Of a stretch of 64,000 nucleotides of DNA, positions 1 through 10,000 are shown one piece after another. Both the position numbers and the translations under genes were made by a program. The stretch lies in contig JBIJDH010000018.1 of the NCBI GenBank assembly GCA_044344255.1, positions 71,278 through 135,277 on the forward strand, read 5' to 3'. The notes under the pieces are model-generated. The model had not been told where the DNA came from, made no database searches, and worked only from the letters and a program-made list of their open reading frames with translations. This stretch comes from Myxococcota bacterium (GTDB lineage: Bacteria > Myxococcota_A > UBA796 > UBA2385). How positions within the stretch are numbered: position 1 is the first letter of the stretch; every line of letters begins with the position of its first letter.

Positions 1-504
1 CACCACCTCGCGGACCCTGCGCGCGGCCTCGCCGTCCTCCGCAAGCTGCTGCGCCCCGGCGGCGTGCTCCGCCTCGGCCTCTACAGCGAGCGGGCCCGCG
101 CCGAGGTCGTGGCCGCCCGCGCCCTCATCGCCGAGCGGGGCTGGCTGCCGGACGACGACGGCCTCGATCGCATGCGCGCCGCCGCGCTGGACGCGCCCGA
201 GGAGAGCCCGCTCGCCCCCCTCCGCCGCTCGATCGACCTCTGGACCCGCACCGGGCTGCGCGACCTCGTGTTCCACCCCTGCGAGCACCGCTTCACGCCG
301 CTGGGCCTCGAGGCGCTCCTCGAGGGCGCCAGCCTGGAGCTCCTGGGGTTTCAGGCGCTCGATCCCACCTTGCTCCCTCGCTATCGGTCCGCCAACCCGC
401 AGGACCCCGGCGCCACCGACCTCACCGGCTGGGAGGCCTTCGAGGCCCAGCACCCGCGCAGCTTCGCCGGGATGTTCCTCCTCTGGTGCCGGCCGCGGGG
501 CTGA
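1..504 (+). CDS. SAM-dependent methyltransferase family protein, C-terminal fragment (5' end outside window)
   Basis: Frame 1 is open from base 1 (HHLADPARGLAVLRKLLRPGGVLRLGLYS...). The LRPGGxL element is typical of Rossmann-fold methyltransferases and is followed by ...DLVFHPCEHRFTPLGLEALL.... TGA stop at 502-504. High GC3 in this frame. Confidence 0.6.
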   Translation, partial: HHLADPARGLAVLRKLLRPGGVLRLGLYSERARAEVVAARALIAERGWLPDDDGLDRMRAAALDAPEESPLAPLRRSIDLWTRTGLRDLVFHPCEHRFTPLGLEALLEGASLELLGFQALDPTLLPRYRSANPQDPGATDLTGWEAFEAQHPRSFAGMFLLWCRPRG

Positions 505-534
505 GGGCGCTCGTTCGCAGGCGCCGCGCCCCGA

Positions 535-1932
535 TCAGCCCCCGCCGCCGGGCGGGAGGATGGCGCCGTCTTCGGTGATCGTGACGGCGGTGCCCGGGAA
601 GTCCTGCACCGACAGATCTCGGATCGAGAGGATCGCGCGCTTCTCTGGGTCTTTGGCGGGGACTCCTCCGCCGAGCTGCTGGGTGGGCAGCACCCGGCCG
701 CCCTTGAAGCGCCCGTCCGCGGCGAGGGTGGCCTCGACCACCGCGCCGACGCCCGAGGCCCCCTTGAGCGAGAATCGGCCGTAGGTGGCGAAGTTGCCCA
801 TCGAGTAGACGATGAGGCGGTCCTTGTACATCTCCATGCCGCGCAGGACATGGGGGCCATGGCCGAGCACGAGGTCGGCCCCGGCGTCGATCACCGCGTG
901 CGTGAAGGCGCGCAGGTCGCCGCGGTCCTCTCCGTAGAAGATCTCATTGGTCTGAGGGACATGAGTGGCCTTCCCACCCTCCGCGCCGCCGTGGAAGCTC
1001 ACGATGACGAGGTCGTTCTCCGCAGCGACGGCCCTCACGATGGCGCCGGCCTGCTCGTGATCATTGACGAAGTGGCTGTTACGGTTGGTGTGAAAGCCGA
1101 TCATCGCGACCTTCACGCCGTTGACGGTGGTGGTGGCGATGTCACCGGGGCGCCCGGAGTGGCGGATGCCCACCGCGTCGAGCGCTTGCTCGGTGGCCAG
1201 TCGGCACTCGTAGCCGAAGTCGGAGGCGTGGTTGTTGGCCGTGCTCACGAGGTCGAAGCCGGCCGCCTGGTAGATCTTGGCGTACCGACTCGGCGACCGG
1301 AAGGCGTAGCAGCTCGACGGCGGCGCGTCGGGCTTACACTTGTTGGTCTCGCCGATGTCGCAGAGCGGCCCCTCCATGTTGCCGAAGGTGAGGTCTGCGT
1401 CGCGCAGCCAGTCGCTCACGTCGTTGAAGGTGCCGACGGCGTCGTCGGCCTGTAGGGCGCCCTCGGGGAAGGTGGTGCCGATCATCAGATCGCCCACGGC
1501 GCGGATGCGCACAGACGCCCCCTTCGGGGCCTGGCTGACGTAGGGCGTGGCGTGGGCGGCCTTGTCGAGGAGCTGCGCCAGCGCCTTGTTGTCCCTCGCT
1601 TGGGGTAGGAACTCGCTCAGCCCCTCGCGGCTGGGCTGGGCCTTCTGCACCGCCTCCCAGTGTTCGACGGTGTGCTTCCAGTCGGCGCGGGCCCAATAGG
1701 CCCAGCCGAGCTCCCAGTGGCAGTTGACGGCGTCGGCCGAGCCTGCGGGCGCGGCCTTCACGCAGCGGCTGAACGCGGCGATCGCCTGGCCGATGTTCTT
1801 CGCCTGCAAGGCCGCCACGCCCGCCTCGTAGTTGGGGTCAGCGGCGAGGGCCGGGGAGAGGGCTCCGGTGAGCGCGGCGGCGGCGAACAGCAGCGCAGGC
1901 AGGCGGAGATCGGAGCGGCGAGGCGGTCGCAT
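535..1932 (-). CDS. CapA/PGA-capsule-synthesis family (metallophosphatase-like) protein, secreted, with N-terminal helical region
   Basis: The C-terminal ~330 aa carry CapA-type hallmarks: AVGDLMIG, FGNMEGPL, STANNHASDFG, SFHGGAEG, GHGPHVLRG. The ATG at 1932 gives the signal peptide MRPPRRSDLRLPALLFAAAALTGALSPALA. The longer ORF-track version (to 2316) is Arg-rich and overlaps the upstream GGDEF gene. Confidence 0.85.
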   Translation of the reverse strand: MRPPRRSDLRLPALLFAAAALTGALSPALAADPNYEAGVAALQAKNIGQAIAAFSRCVKAAPAGSADAVNCHWELGWAYWARADWKHTVEHWEAVQKAQPSREGLSEFLPQARDNKALAQLLDKAAHATPYVSQAPKGASVRIRAVGDLMIGTTFPEGALQADDAVGTFNDVSDWLRDADLTFGNMEGPLCDIGETNKCKPDAPPSSCYAFRSPSRYAKIYQAAGFDLVSTANNHASDFGYECRLATEQALDAVGIRHSGRPGDIATTTVNGVKVAMIGFHTNRNSHFVNDHEQAGAIVRAVAAENDLVIVSFHGGAEGGKATHVPQTNEIFYGEDRGDLRAFTHAVIDAGADLVLGHGPHVLRGMEMYKDRLIVYSMGNFATYGRFSLKGASGVGAVVEATLAADGRFKGGRVLPTQQLGGGVPAKDPEKRAILSIRDLSVQDFPGTAVTITEDGAILPPGGGG

Positions 1933-1958
1933 CAAGGTCCTCGGGGGAGCCCCGGGGG

Positions 1959-2816
1959 CTAACCTGGACCCCTGACGCTGGGTGGGTGCTGGGGCGGATC
2001 CAGCTCCAGCGTCGGATCTTCCATGGAGGGATCGTCGCTGCCGAAGCGCGGCGCCGCACGTGCGCAGTCTCGGCCCTCCGCCTTGGCCCTGTACAAGGCC
2101 TGATCGGCCCGCTCGACCATCAAGTGCGTCGGCAACGCCCGGGAGGTGCTGGCGGAGCCGATGGAGACGGTCAAGTTGCCCCTGGAGGACTCGCGGAGGG
2201 TGGTGATCAGCCGTTCGGCGAGGCCGCGGGCCTCTTCGGCGTCGCAGGCGGGGGCGATGATGGCGAACTCGTCGCCGCCGATCCTCGTCAGCGTGTCGCT
2301 GTGGCGCGCGCAACATTTGAGCGCCTGAGCGACCGTTCGCAGCGCGGCGTCGCCGGCCGGGTGACCGCCCTCGTCGTTGATTCGCTTGAGGTGGTCTACG
2401 TCGAGGATGAAGAGCGACAGCGAGCTCTGGACCCGCTCCAATCGTTCGAGCTCAGCGGCGAGGCGGGCATCGAAGAGCCGCCGATTTCCGAGCGCGGTGA
2501 GAGGGTCAGACGTGGAGTACGAGCGGAGGAGGTCCGTTCTCCGCCCGAGGAGCCAGCCGGGGACGCAGAGCGCCACCGCGGTCGAGGCGAAGAGGTACAC
2601 CCAGAGGGCGACGTCGGCGCGGAGGGTCTCCTCCAGCCAGGCGAGCGAGGCCGGGCCTCTCCCTTGGAGGAGGCGCACCACGAGGAGCCCGGCGGGTGCG
2701 CCCGCGGCTAGCGCCAGGCCCCATAGGGGATAGGCAAGCTCCTTTCGAAGGTGGGACATGTTCGGTGAATACCGCGAGGCTCCCGGAGCTTCCACCGCGG
2801 GACACCGCGTTGACAC
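1959..2816 (-). CDS. Diguanylate cyclase (GGDEF domain) with two N-terminal TM helices
   Basis: DPLTALGNRR, LDVDHLKRINDEGGHPAGD, RIGGDEFAII (intact GGDEF), RADQALYRAKAEGRD. Two hydrophobic helices lie upstream. An alternative ATG at 2759 (MSHLRKELAYPLWG...) is equally plausible. Confidence 0.85.
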   Translation of the reverse strand: MSTRCPAVEAPGASRYSPNMSHLRKELAYPLWGLALAAGAPAGLLVVRLLQGRGPASLAWLEETLRADVALWVYLFASTAVALCVPGWLLGRRTDLLRSYSTSDPLTALGNRRLFDARLAAELERLERVQSSLSLFILDVDHLKRINDEGGHPAGDAALRTVAQALKCCARHSDTLTRIGGDEFAIIAPACDAEEARGLAERLITTLRESSRGNLTVSIGSASTSRALPTHLMVERADQALYRAKAEGRDCARAAPRFGSDDPSMEDPTLELDPPQHPPSVRGPG

Positions 2817-2914
2817 TTTCTTGGTACTTGCTCAATTAGCCGGACCCCCTCTCCTCGCTCCTGTCCTGGATGCGCGGTGGTCTGGTACGGTTCGCCCTCC
2901 CCTGGGGCGGATCT

Positions 2915-3601
2915 TCAGCGAGCCCGCCCCCGGCCGCGCGTGGCCTGGCCGACCACCCAGGAGACCAGCAGCCCGCCCAGCCAACCGAAGAAGTGGCCCT
3001 CCCAGGAGATCCCCTGTTTCGCCACCGCGGGGGTCGCGCTCGACAGCATGCCGCCAAACAGCGCCGTGACGGCGGCGCTCAACAGGACCGCGCCGGGGCG
3101 CCGCTCGAAGAAGCCGCGCCCCATCAGGAAGCCGAGGAAGCCGAAGACCACGCCGCTCGCGCCGATGTGGACGGTGCCCGGGCGCCCGGAGACCCAGGTG
3201 CCGAGCCCGGCCACGAGGGCGCTGGTGAGGAACACGTACCAGAAGTCAGCCCGCTGTCGAGACGTGGACAGAAAGCCAAGGATACAGAACATCACCGTGT
3301 TCGACGCGAGGTGGGCGATCCCGCCGTGCAGGAAGGGCGCCAGCGGGATCCCGGCGAGCCCCAGCAGGGTGCGGGGCTCGATCCCGTATCGATCGAATCC
3401 GCCTCGGAAGAAGCCGAGATCAATGAGCTCGATCGCCCACAAGAGTACGGTGACCTGGCCGAGGAGTGAGACGCGCGACCGTGTCCCCTCCACGAGGCCC
3501 CGAAGGGGGGAGCCAGCCCTCGCGGCGCCTCTCGGCGCGGGCCGGGAGGAGGGCTGCGGCGCGGGGGCGCGGGAGGCGGGGGATCGGGTGGAGCGGGCCA
3601 C
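2915..3601 (-). CDS. Rhomboid family intramembrane serine protease
   Basis: HGGIAHLASNTVMF (rhomboid H..H..N motif), GASGVVFGFLGF (GxSG catalytic Ser), and multiple TM helices. GTG start at 3601; the exact start is uncertain. Confidence 0.8.
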   Translation of the reverse strand: MARSTRSPASRAPAPQPSSRPAPRGAARAGSPLRGLVEGTRSRVSLLGQVTVLLWAIELIDLGFFRGGFDRYGIEPRTLLGLAGIPLAPFLHGGIAHLASNTVMFCILGFLSTSRQRADFWYVFLTSALVAGLGTWVSGRPGTVHIGASGVVFGFLGFLMGRGFFERRPGAVLLSAAVTALFGGMLSSATPAVAKQGISWEGHFFGWLGGLLVSWVVGQATRGRGRAR

Positions 3602-3643
3602 GCCCGCAGGTATCGCGGCGCCCGCCGGCTGGGCACGCTCCGC

Positions 3644-4630
3644 TCAGCCCGAACGACGTGCCGTGGGGGGGCCCGCCCAGGCCGCGGCGCGGGCCCAGGC
3701 TCGATGCAGCTCATCGGCGTGGAAGGCGCACCAGTAGTAGCTCATCGTGATCCAGGAGAAGGGTCCGAGCTCGAGCAGCACCCAGAGGCTGAGGTGGAAG
3801 ACCACCCCGAGGGCGATGTAGAGGGAGCGCAGGTCGAGGCGGTTGAAGGTGGCCCGCAGCCAGCCAGCGCGCTCGCGGGTAGCCCGGTACCAGAAGGCGA
3901 GGAGCACGATCGGCCAGCTCACCTCCCAGTGCCAGGCCACCGCCGTGCCCACCTGGGTGAGGGGGAAGACCCAGCCCACCCAGCCGACGCTCCAGCGGCG
4001 CCAGCTCGGCAGCAGCAGGGCGTCGTAGAGGGCCTCGTAGTGGCCCCACGGGAACCACTCGCTGCCCACCTTCTGGATCCCGGTGAAGCCGTAGACCAGG
4101 GCGAGCTGAAATACGGCGAGGTAGCGGGGCCAGGTGGGGACAGGCAGGCGGTCTGTCCATCGGCCGCTGCGGAGCCGACAGTCGAGGGAGAGGGTCTGTG
4201 TCGCCGGGGAGAGGAACAGCAGCCAGAGGGCGTTGGTGATGAGCTTGTCGTGCCCGCCGCCGGTGCCCTGATCGAGGCTGAAGAGGGCGTTGCAGACCTG
4301 GAGCGTGAACAGGGCGGGCCAGCGCCCGAGCAGCCCCAGCGCCACCGTGGCCCCGCCGAGGATCGCCGTGGCGACGAGGCCGTGTACGACTTCAGCGGTG
4401 GCGCCGCCGAGCAGCGAGATGAGCCAGTGGCCCTCCGAGGGGTCGCGCACGCCGCCGTCGGCCACGCGCGTCCAGACGGGGGCAACGGCGTCGAGGCGGA
4501 GCGCGCTCGCGAAGGTGACCGTGATCACGAGGCCCACGCTCAGCCGAAAGAGGGCGAGCGGGGTGGCGGGCTCCTCGGTGGCGAGGCGCCGGCAGAGGCG
4601 CGTCCAGGCGCCTGCGTGGGGGGCGCTCAT
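3644..4630 (-). CDS. HTTM domain (vitamin K-dependent gamma-carboxylase-like / SdpB-like) polytopic membrane protein
   Basis: The N-terminus ...TPLALFRLSVGLVITVTFASALRL... and W-rich multipass topology fit HTTM as I remember the family. The ATG at 4630 overlaps the stop of the upstream gene (ATGA). The ORF-track extension to 4816 is Arg/Pro-rich and overlaps that upstream gene. Confidence 0.6.
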   Translation of the reverse strand: MSAPHAGAWTRLCRRLATEEPATPLALFRLSVGLVITVTFASALRLDAVAPVWTRVADGGVRDPSEGHWLISLLGGATAEVVHGLVATAILGGATVALGLLGRWPALFTLQVCNALFSLDQGTGGGHDKLITNALWLLFLSPATQTLSLDCRLRSGRWTDRLPVPTWPRYLAVFQLALVYGFTGIQKVGSEWFPWGHYEALYDALLLPSWRRWSVGWVGWVFPLTQVGTAVAWHWEVSWPIVLLAFWYRATRERAGWLRATFNRLDLRSLYIALGVVFHLSLWVLLELGPFSWITMSYYWCAFHADELHRAWARAAAWAGPPTARRSG

Positions 4631-5349
4631 CGGTCGGCCTGGCCGCGGAGGCGGTCGAGGCTCCGCTCTTCGGGCCAATAGACCGCGTCCTCGCGCAGCG
4701 CCCCGGTCGCGCGCAGCTCGGCGGGCGGCGGGATGCGCATCGACACCATCTGCGCCTTGAGGGCGGTGGCCTCGGGGAAGTCGGCCGCCGCGGCCCCGGC
4801 GAGCCAATCGACCCACGGACCCCAGCCGGAGTGGCCGCGCCGCCAGGAGAAGTTGTTAACCAGCGTGCGGATTCGCTCTTCATCGAGCTGCCGGGCCCGC
4901 CAGTCGAGCTCGGGGTCGCGTGAGCGGTAGATGAGGCGCCAGCCGTCGGCCGACGGGGGATCGGAGCTCTGTCCACCGACTGCTCCGCGGACGTAGACCT
5001 CAAGGCGGCCCGGGTGGAGGTTGGCGATGCCGAACATCGTCCAGCCCTGCTCGACCCCCGCGATGCGCTCGTAGGGGCGGAAGGGGGAGAGGAGCGTCCG
5101 TCGCACCGCCTGGAGTGACCTCGCGTGTTGATAGACCGACTCGCTGAGGGCCTCGACGGAGGTGGGTTGGCCGAGCGCCCCGAGCACGCGGGCGCCGGCC
5201 TCCATCGTCTCGACCAGGCTCGGCTTGCGCAGCCCCTTCCGGGTGACCTCTCCGGGCGAGGGCACCGCCAGGAGCGTGACCGCGGCCACGTGGAAGAGCA
5301 CGAAGGCCGCGTGCAGGTGGTCGCGGAGCCGGAGGGGCGGGGGGGACAT
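4627..5349 (-). CDS. Membrane-anchored hypothetical protein, translationally coupled partner of the HTTM protein
   Basis: One N-terminal TM helix (HLHAAFVLFHVAAVTLLAV). The motif GVEQGWTMFG resembles the Q-x-W-x-M-F motif I associate with HTTM-neighbour (SdpA/DUF5819-like) proteins. High GC3. ATGA overlap with the downstream gene. Confidence 0.55.
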   Translation of the reverse strand: MSPPPLRLRDHLHAAFVLFHVAAVTLLAVPSPGEVTRKGLRKPSLVETMEAGARVLGALGQPTSVEALSESVYQHARSLQAVRRTLLSPFRPYERIAGVEQGWTMFGIANLHPGRLEVYVRGAVGGQSSDPPSADGWRLIYRSRDPELDWRARQLDEERIRTLVNNFSWRRGHSGWGPWVDWLAGAAAADFPEATALKAQMVSMRIPPPAELRATGALREDAVYWPEERSLDRLRGQADR

Positions 5350-5409
5350 GGTCGGTGGCTTAACGCTGACCCGCCTCCCTCGCCGCGCCGGTGGCCCGCG
5401 GGGCCGTCG

Positions 5410-6894
5410 TCAGGGGGCCTTGCTCTTCCCCTTTTGGCTCGGTGCTTTCCCTCGGGCCTCGAGGGGCACGTCGACCAGGACCTGCCCGCCCCGGCGCTGC
5501 ACCACGAGGAGGGCGCCCTCTCCCGCGCCGCGGAGGGCGGCGCTCAGGTCTGCGGCGGAGGAGACGTCCTTCTGGTTGACCTCGAGGATGACGTCGCCGG
5601 GGCGGAGGAGGCCGGCGGCGGCGCTGCCCGTCTCGACGCTCGTCACGAGCAGGCCACCGCCGCGCGCCTCGCCGACCGACCGCACGGAGATGCCGAGCTC
5701 ACGGCCCTCCTGGGGGGTCTTGTCCTCGGGTTGCTCCGGCGCGGTCCGCCAGCTCTCGCTCGCGAGGGCCTCCTCTTCGGGGCGCTGGCCAAGCTGGACG
5801 GAGACGTCCTTCGCCTTGCCTTCGCGGAGGAGCCCGAGCTTGACGGTCTCCCCGGGGCGGTGACCGCCGATCGCCCGCACGAGGGCGTCGCTCTCGGTGA
5901 CGGGCTGGCCGTCGATGCTGGTGAGGACGTCGCCCGCTCGGAGGCCGGCGTCGGCGGCGGGGGTCTTCGGATAGACCTGCTGGAGCACCACGCCCTTGTC
6001 AATGTCGAGCTGGAGGCGGCGCTTGAGGTCAGGGTCGAGGTTCGTGAGGCCCACCCCGATCCAGCCCCGGTTGACCTTGCCGTCCGATTGAAGGGCATCG
6101 ACGATGTCCTTCACCATGTCGATCGGCACTGCGAAGCCGATACCCTGTCCGACCGAGCTCACCGCCGTGTTCATCCCCACCACCTCTCCGTCCAGGTTGA
6201 ACAGGGGGCCGCCCGAGTTCCCGGGGTTGATGCTGGCGTCGGTCTGGATGAAGTCGTCGTAGGGGCCAGCGCCGATCACCCGGCCCTTGGCGGAGACGAT
6301 CCCGGCAGTGACGGTGTGATCGAGGCCGAATGGATTGCCGATGGCTACGACCCAGTCGCCCACCCGGAGGTCCTTCGAAGAGCCGAGGGGCACGGTGGGC
6401 AGGCCCTTGGTGTCGATCTTGACGAGGGCGATGTCGGTGCGGTCGTCCTTCCCGATGACCTTGCCATCGAAGCTGCGGCCGTCGCTGAGCTTGACCGTGA
6501 CCTCGTCGGCGTCGGCGATCACGTGGTTGTTGGTGATGATGTTGCCGTCGCTCGAGATGATGAAGCCCGAGCCGAGGCCCTGTCGGGTCTGATAGCCCTG
6601 CTCGTCTTCCTCACCACCGTAGGGGTGACCCGGCGCGCCGGGGAAGCCGAAGCCGAAGGGGGACATCTGTCGGCGATCTACCTTGACCTTCTGCTTGATC
6701 TCAAGGTTCACCACCGCCGGGCCCAGCCGGTCGACCAGGGGGGCGAGGCTGTGGTTCGGGTCATAGGTCGTCGGGGACAGGGGCGCGGCCTCACCGGCGT
6801 GCGCGCGGCTGCTCCACACGTCGGAGACCGCGAGGAGGCCCCCGCCGAGGGCCACCCCGGTGAAGAGGACGGCGACTGACTTGAGAGAGGACAT
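5410..6894 (-). CDS. HtrA/DegP/DegQ-family periplasmic serine endoprotease with two PDZ domains
   Basis: Catalytic triad contexts are present: TNNHVI (His), DIALVKI (Asp), GNSGGPLFN (Ser). A signal/anchor helix is followed by two PDZ-like segments (GVVLQQV...AGLRAGDVL; GLLVTSV...LLRPGDVILEVN). Confidence 0.9.
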   Translation of the reverse strand: MSSLKSVAVLFTGVALGGGLLAVSDVWSSRAHAGEAAPLSPTTYDPNHSLAPLVDRLGPAVVNLEIKQKVKVDRRQMSPFGFGFPGAPGHPYGGEEDEQGYQTRQGLGSGFIISSDGNIITNNHVIADADEVTVKLSDGRSFDGKVIGKDDRTDIALVKIDTKGLPTVPLGSSKDLRVGDWVVAIGNPFGLDHTVTAGIVSAKGRVIGAGPYDDFIQTDASINPGNSGGPLFNLDGEVVGMNTAVSSVGQGIGFAVPIDMVKDIVDALQSDGKVNRGWIGVGLTNLDPDLKRRLQLDIDKGVVLQQVYPKTPAADAGLRAGDVLTSIDGQPVTESDALVRAIGGHRPGETVKLGLLREGKAKDVSVQLGQRPEEEALASESWRTAPEQPEDKTPQEGRELGISVRSVGEARGGGLLVTSVETGSAAAGLLRPGDVILEVNQKDVSSAADLSAALRGAGEGALLVVQRRGGQVLVDVPLEARGKAPSQKGKSKAP

Positions 6895-7014
6895 GAGCTT
6901 CGATCACCTCTTGGCGACGGGCGCGGGGATGGGCGGACACGGTCCAGCCGAGGTACCCACCCGCCGACCGCGCGGCGGGGAGCGCCCCTCGGCTCCACCC
7001 TCCCCCAACACAGC

Positions 7015-7056
7015 GCCCTCGGGGACCCTTCCCGCCCTCGGGGACCTTTCCCCGAG
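7015..7056. repeat. 19-nt tandem direct repeat (x2); the second copy forms an 8-bp GC hairpin. Possible terminator of the LTD gene or operator upstream of htrA
   Basis: GCCCTCGGGGACCCTTCCC (7015-7033) and GCCCTCGGGGACCTTTCCC (7034-7052). CTCGGGGA (7037-7044), loop CCTT, TCCCCGAG (7049-7056). It lies 16 nt downstream of the LTD gene stop and ~120 nt upstream of the htrA start. No U-tract. Confidence 0.35.
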
Positions 7057-7071
7057 CCGCTCAGGGGGCGC

Positions 7072-10000
7072 TCAGGGCCGCCGTCGCCGCCGCAGCGCCG
7101 CGAGCCCGAGCGCGAGCCAGCCGAGCGAGAGCGGGCCGGAGCTCACCGAGCAGCTCTTGGAGGTGCCGGCCTCGTCGTCGTCGGACTTCCCGCAGCCCTT
7201 CCCCCCGGGGCCGCCGCCGTCGCCGCCGTCGCCACCGCCGCTGCCGCCCTCGGCGTTGGCCGAGCCCGGCGTGGGGCCCATGCTGACCAGGTCGACCGCG
7301 TTGTCGTTCGAGTCCTCGCCGTCGGGGTACCGCCCGAAGGTGAAGCCCTCCTCGGGGAGGGGGCCGAAGGTCGAGCCGCCCGCGTCGTCCAGGAGCTCGG
7401 TGTCCTCGACGGGATCGCCCGTCTGGCCCCACAGCACCGTGTCTTGCACGGCGGGCTCGGCCTGACAGTCGAGGAGGCGGGCGCCGTCGGGGGCCGAGGA
7501 GGCGTTGCCGATCGGCGAGGCGGTCGACCACTGGTACTCGGTCTCGACGAAGGAGCCGCCCACGAGCACGAACTCGCCCGGGCCGATGTTGACGTTGCTC
7601 GGGAAGGTGTAGGTGTCCCCCCAGGAGGAGGAGGCGGTCTCGAGGATCCAGCCGTCGAGGGCCACGCTCTCGGAGCCGGTGTTGAAGAGCTCGATGAACT
7701 CCTGGTCGGAGTCGGTGCCCTCGGGGTTCGGATAGACCTCGTTGATCTTGACGACGCCGGTGCCGGGCACGCAGGGGCGACAGGTCGGGTTGTCTTCGCC
7801 GGGGCTCGGGGCGTCGAAGTTCGAGAAGTCGTCGCCGGACTGGTCGGTGTCGAGCCCGTCCGTGCAGCGGCCGATGGAGACGCCCACCTCGGGGTCGGGG
7901 GCGAGAGAGGTGGTCACCTCGCCGGAGTCGTCCTCCCAGTCGCCGTCGTTCGTGCCACCGTAGATGACGGTGTCGGCGGCGAGGCCGTTACAGTCGGTGA
8001 GCAGGAGGCCGTCGGCCGAGGAGGGGCCGGCGTTGCCCATGTCGAGGGCGTCCGACACGCCGCCGGTGTCGCCGTCGGGCTCGACGACGACGTAGTCGGC
8101 CTCGGGCACGAGGGTGCCGCCGATGACCACGAAGGCCCCGGCCGACAGCGTGGCCCCCTCTGGGAAGGTGTAGCTGTTCGTGGCCGACTCGAAGTTGGAG
8201 GTGCCCCACCAGACCGTCCAGCCAGAGAGGCTGACGCTGGCGCCGCTCGTGTTCATGAGCTCGATCCACTCGGCGCCGGTGTCGCCGCCCTCGCTGTTGG
8301 GATCGGGCATGAATTCGTTGATCTTGATGGCGTCGTGGCCGTCACAGGCCGGGATGTCGTTGGTGAGGCCCGGGGTGGGGTTTGGGAAGGTGCGGAAGTC
8401 GATCGCGCTGTCGTTCGTGTCGACGCCGTCGCTGTTTCGGCCCACCGACTGGCCGCTGTTGGAGCTCGCCTTCGGGGCGAGCTGCTCGTCGGGGCAGATG
8501 GCGTCGTCGTCGTCGGCGAAGTTGTCCTCATCGACGTTCTTCGTGCCATAGAGGACGGTGTCGACCGGATCGGCGTTGCAGTCGACGAGGCGGAGCGCGT
8601 CGGCGTTGCTGCTCGCGTTCGTGAGCGCGAGGCTCTCGGCGATGAGGTCGGCCTCGGCGACGAACTCCTCGCCGATGACGAGGTAGTCGCCGGCGGAGAG
8701 GGTGACCGCCCCGAAGGCGTAGGTGCTGGCGTCGGAGAGGTCGGTGCCGTCCCACTGGAGCTGCCAGTCGGCGAGGTCTACGTCGGCGCCGCCGCTGTTG
8801 TAGAGCTCGACCCAGTGGAAGCCGGTCTCGGACTCCTCGGCGGGGTCAGCGAAGAATTCGTTGACGGTGATGAACTCCTGGCCGTCACATTCCCGCGGCG
8901 GCACGGTGTTGGTAGCGCCGGGGGTGGGCGAAGAGAGGGCGCTCCAGTCGGCGGAGGAGTCGTCGGTGTCGACGCCGTCCTCGGTGCGGCCGAGCGACCG
9001 GTCGTCGGAGGGCTTGGGGGCGGCGTCCTCGGGGATGGTGCCGTCGTCTTCGGGCCAGAGGTCGGTGTTGGAGTTGCCGTAGATGACGGTGTCGACCACC
9101 GCGCCGGTGCAGTCGAGGAGCTGGAGGCCGTCGCCGCCCGAGGTGCCGTTCGTGAGGTCGATGTCGACCACGTAGTCGGCGTCGGTGACCATATCGCCGC
9201 CGAGCACCACCCACTGCCCGGGGAGGAGCTCGTGGTTGGGAAAGGGGTCCGAGGCGTGAAGCGTGGTGCTGTCGGGGGTGGTCTTCGTGACCACCGACCA
9301 GCCCTCGATGTTCACCGGGCTGCTGCCGGGGTTGTAGAGCTCCACCCACTCGTAGCTGCCCTCGGGGTCCGAGGCGGAGGCGGCGATGAACTCATTGACG
9401 ACGAGCTCGCCGGACTCACAGGTGCCCGACGTGCCGGTGTCGCCCCCCGACGAGCCGGTGGGGTTGCTCGTGCCTGGGGTGCCGGCGTCGCCGTCGATGA
9501 AGTCGACCGAGGCGTCGTCGGTGTCCAGGCAGTCAGCGCTGCGGGCGAGGGTGTGGCCCTCGGCGAGGTCGGAGGCGAAGCTCGTGCCGGCGACGCCGAG
9601 GTCATCGAAGAGCCCATTGGTGTTCGGCGAGTCGTAGAGCAGGGTGTCGAGGACGTCGCCAGAGGGGGCGACGATGCGCAGGCCGTCGGTGTCGCTGCCG
9701 CCGTTGGGCAGGTTCGGCGTGAAGGTGACGGCGAGGGAGCTCGACCCCGCTCCCACCAGGAGGAGGCCGCCCGCCGGCACCGTGCCGCTGGTGAAGGTGT
9801 AGCTGGGGCTCCAGGAGGAGCCAGCGCTCTCGAGGGTGAAGCCCGTGAGATCCTGATCGGTGGAGCCCGGGTTGCAGAGCTCGATCCACTCCATCCCGCC
9901 GTCGGCGCCGGTGGGGTCGTAGAGCACCTCGTTGATCTTGATCTCCTCGGTGGTGGCCGGCGTGCCCGTGTCGACGGGGGTGCCCGTGTCGACCGGGGCC

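Noticed and set aside
535-2316. N-terminal extensions offered by the ORF track for several genes: 535-2316, 3644-4816, 17058-18599, 18918-20006, 25710-27833, 46982-48349, 51271-52038 and 59457-61271.
   Set aside because: The extensions are Arg/Pro-rich, overlap the neighbouring gene and precede an internal start. The internal start yields a signal peptide, Tat motif, RBS or start/stop overlap (ATGA, GTGA), so I chose the shorter models.
2915-3601. Idea that the rhomboid protease is the sorting enzyme (a rhombosortase analogue) for the three MYXO-CTERM proteins in the window.
   Set aside because: Rhombosortases process GlyGly-CTERM signals, and the tails here are Cys-containing MYXO-CTERM type. 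To my knowledge that signal is linked to a different (CPBP/CAAX-like) protease family. There is no adjacency to any of the three substrates.
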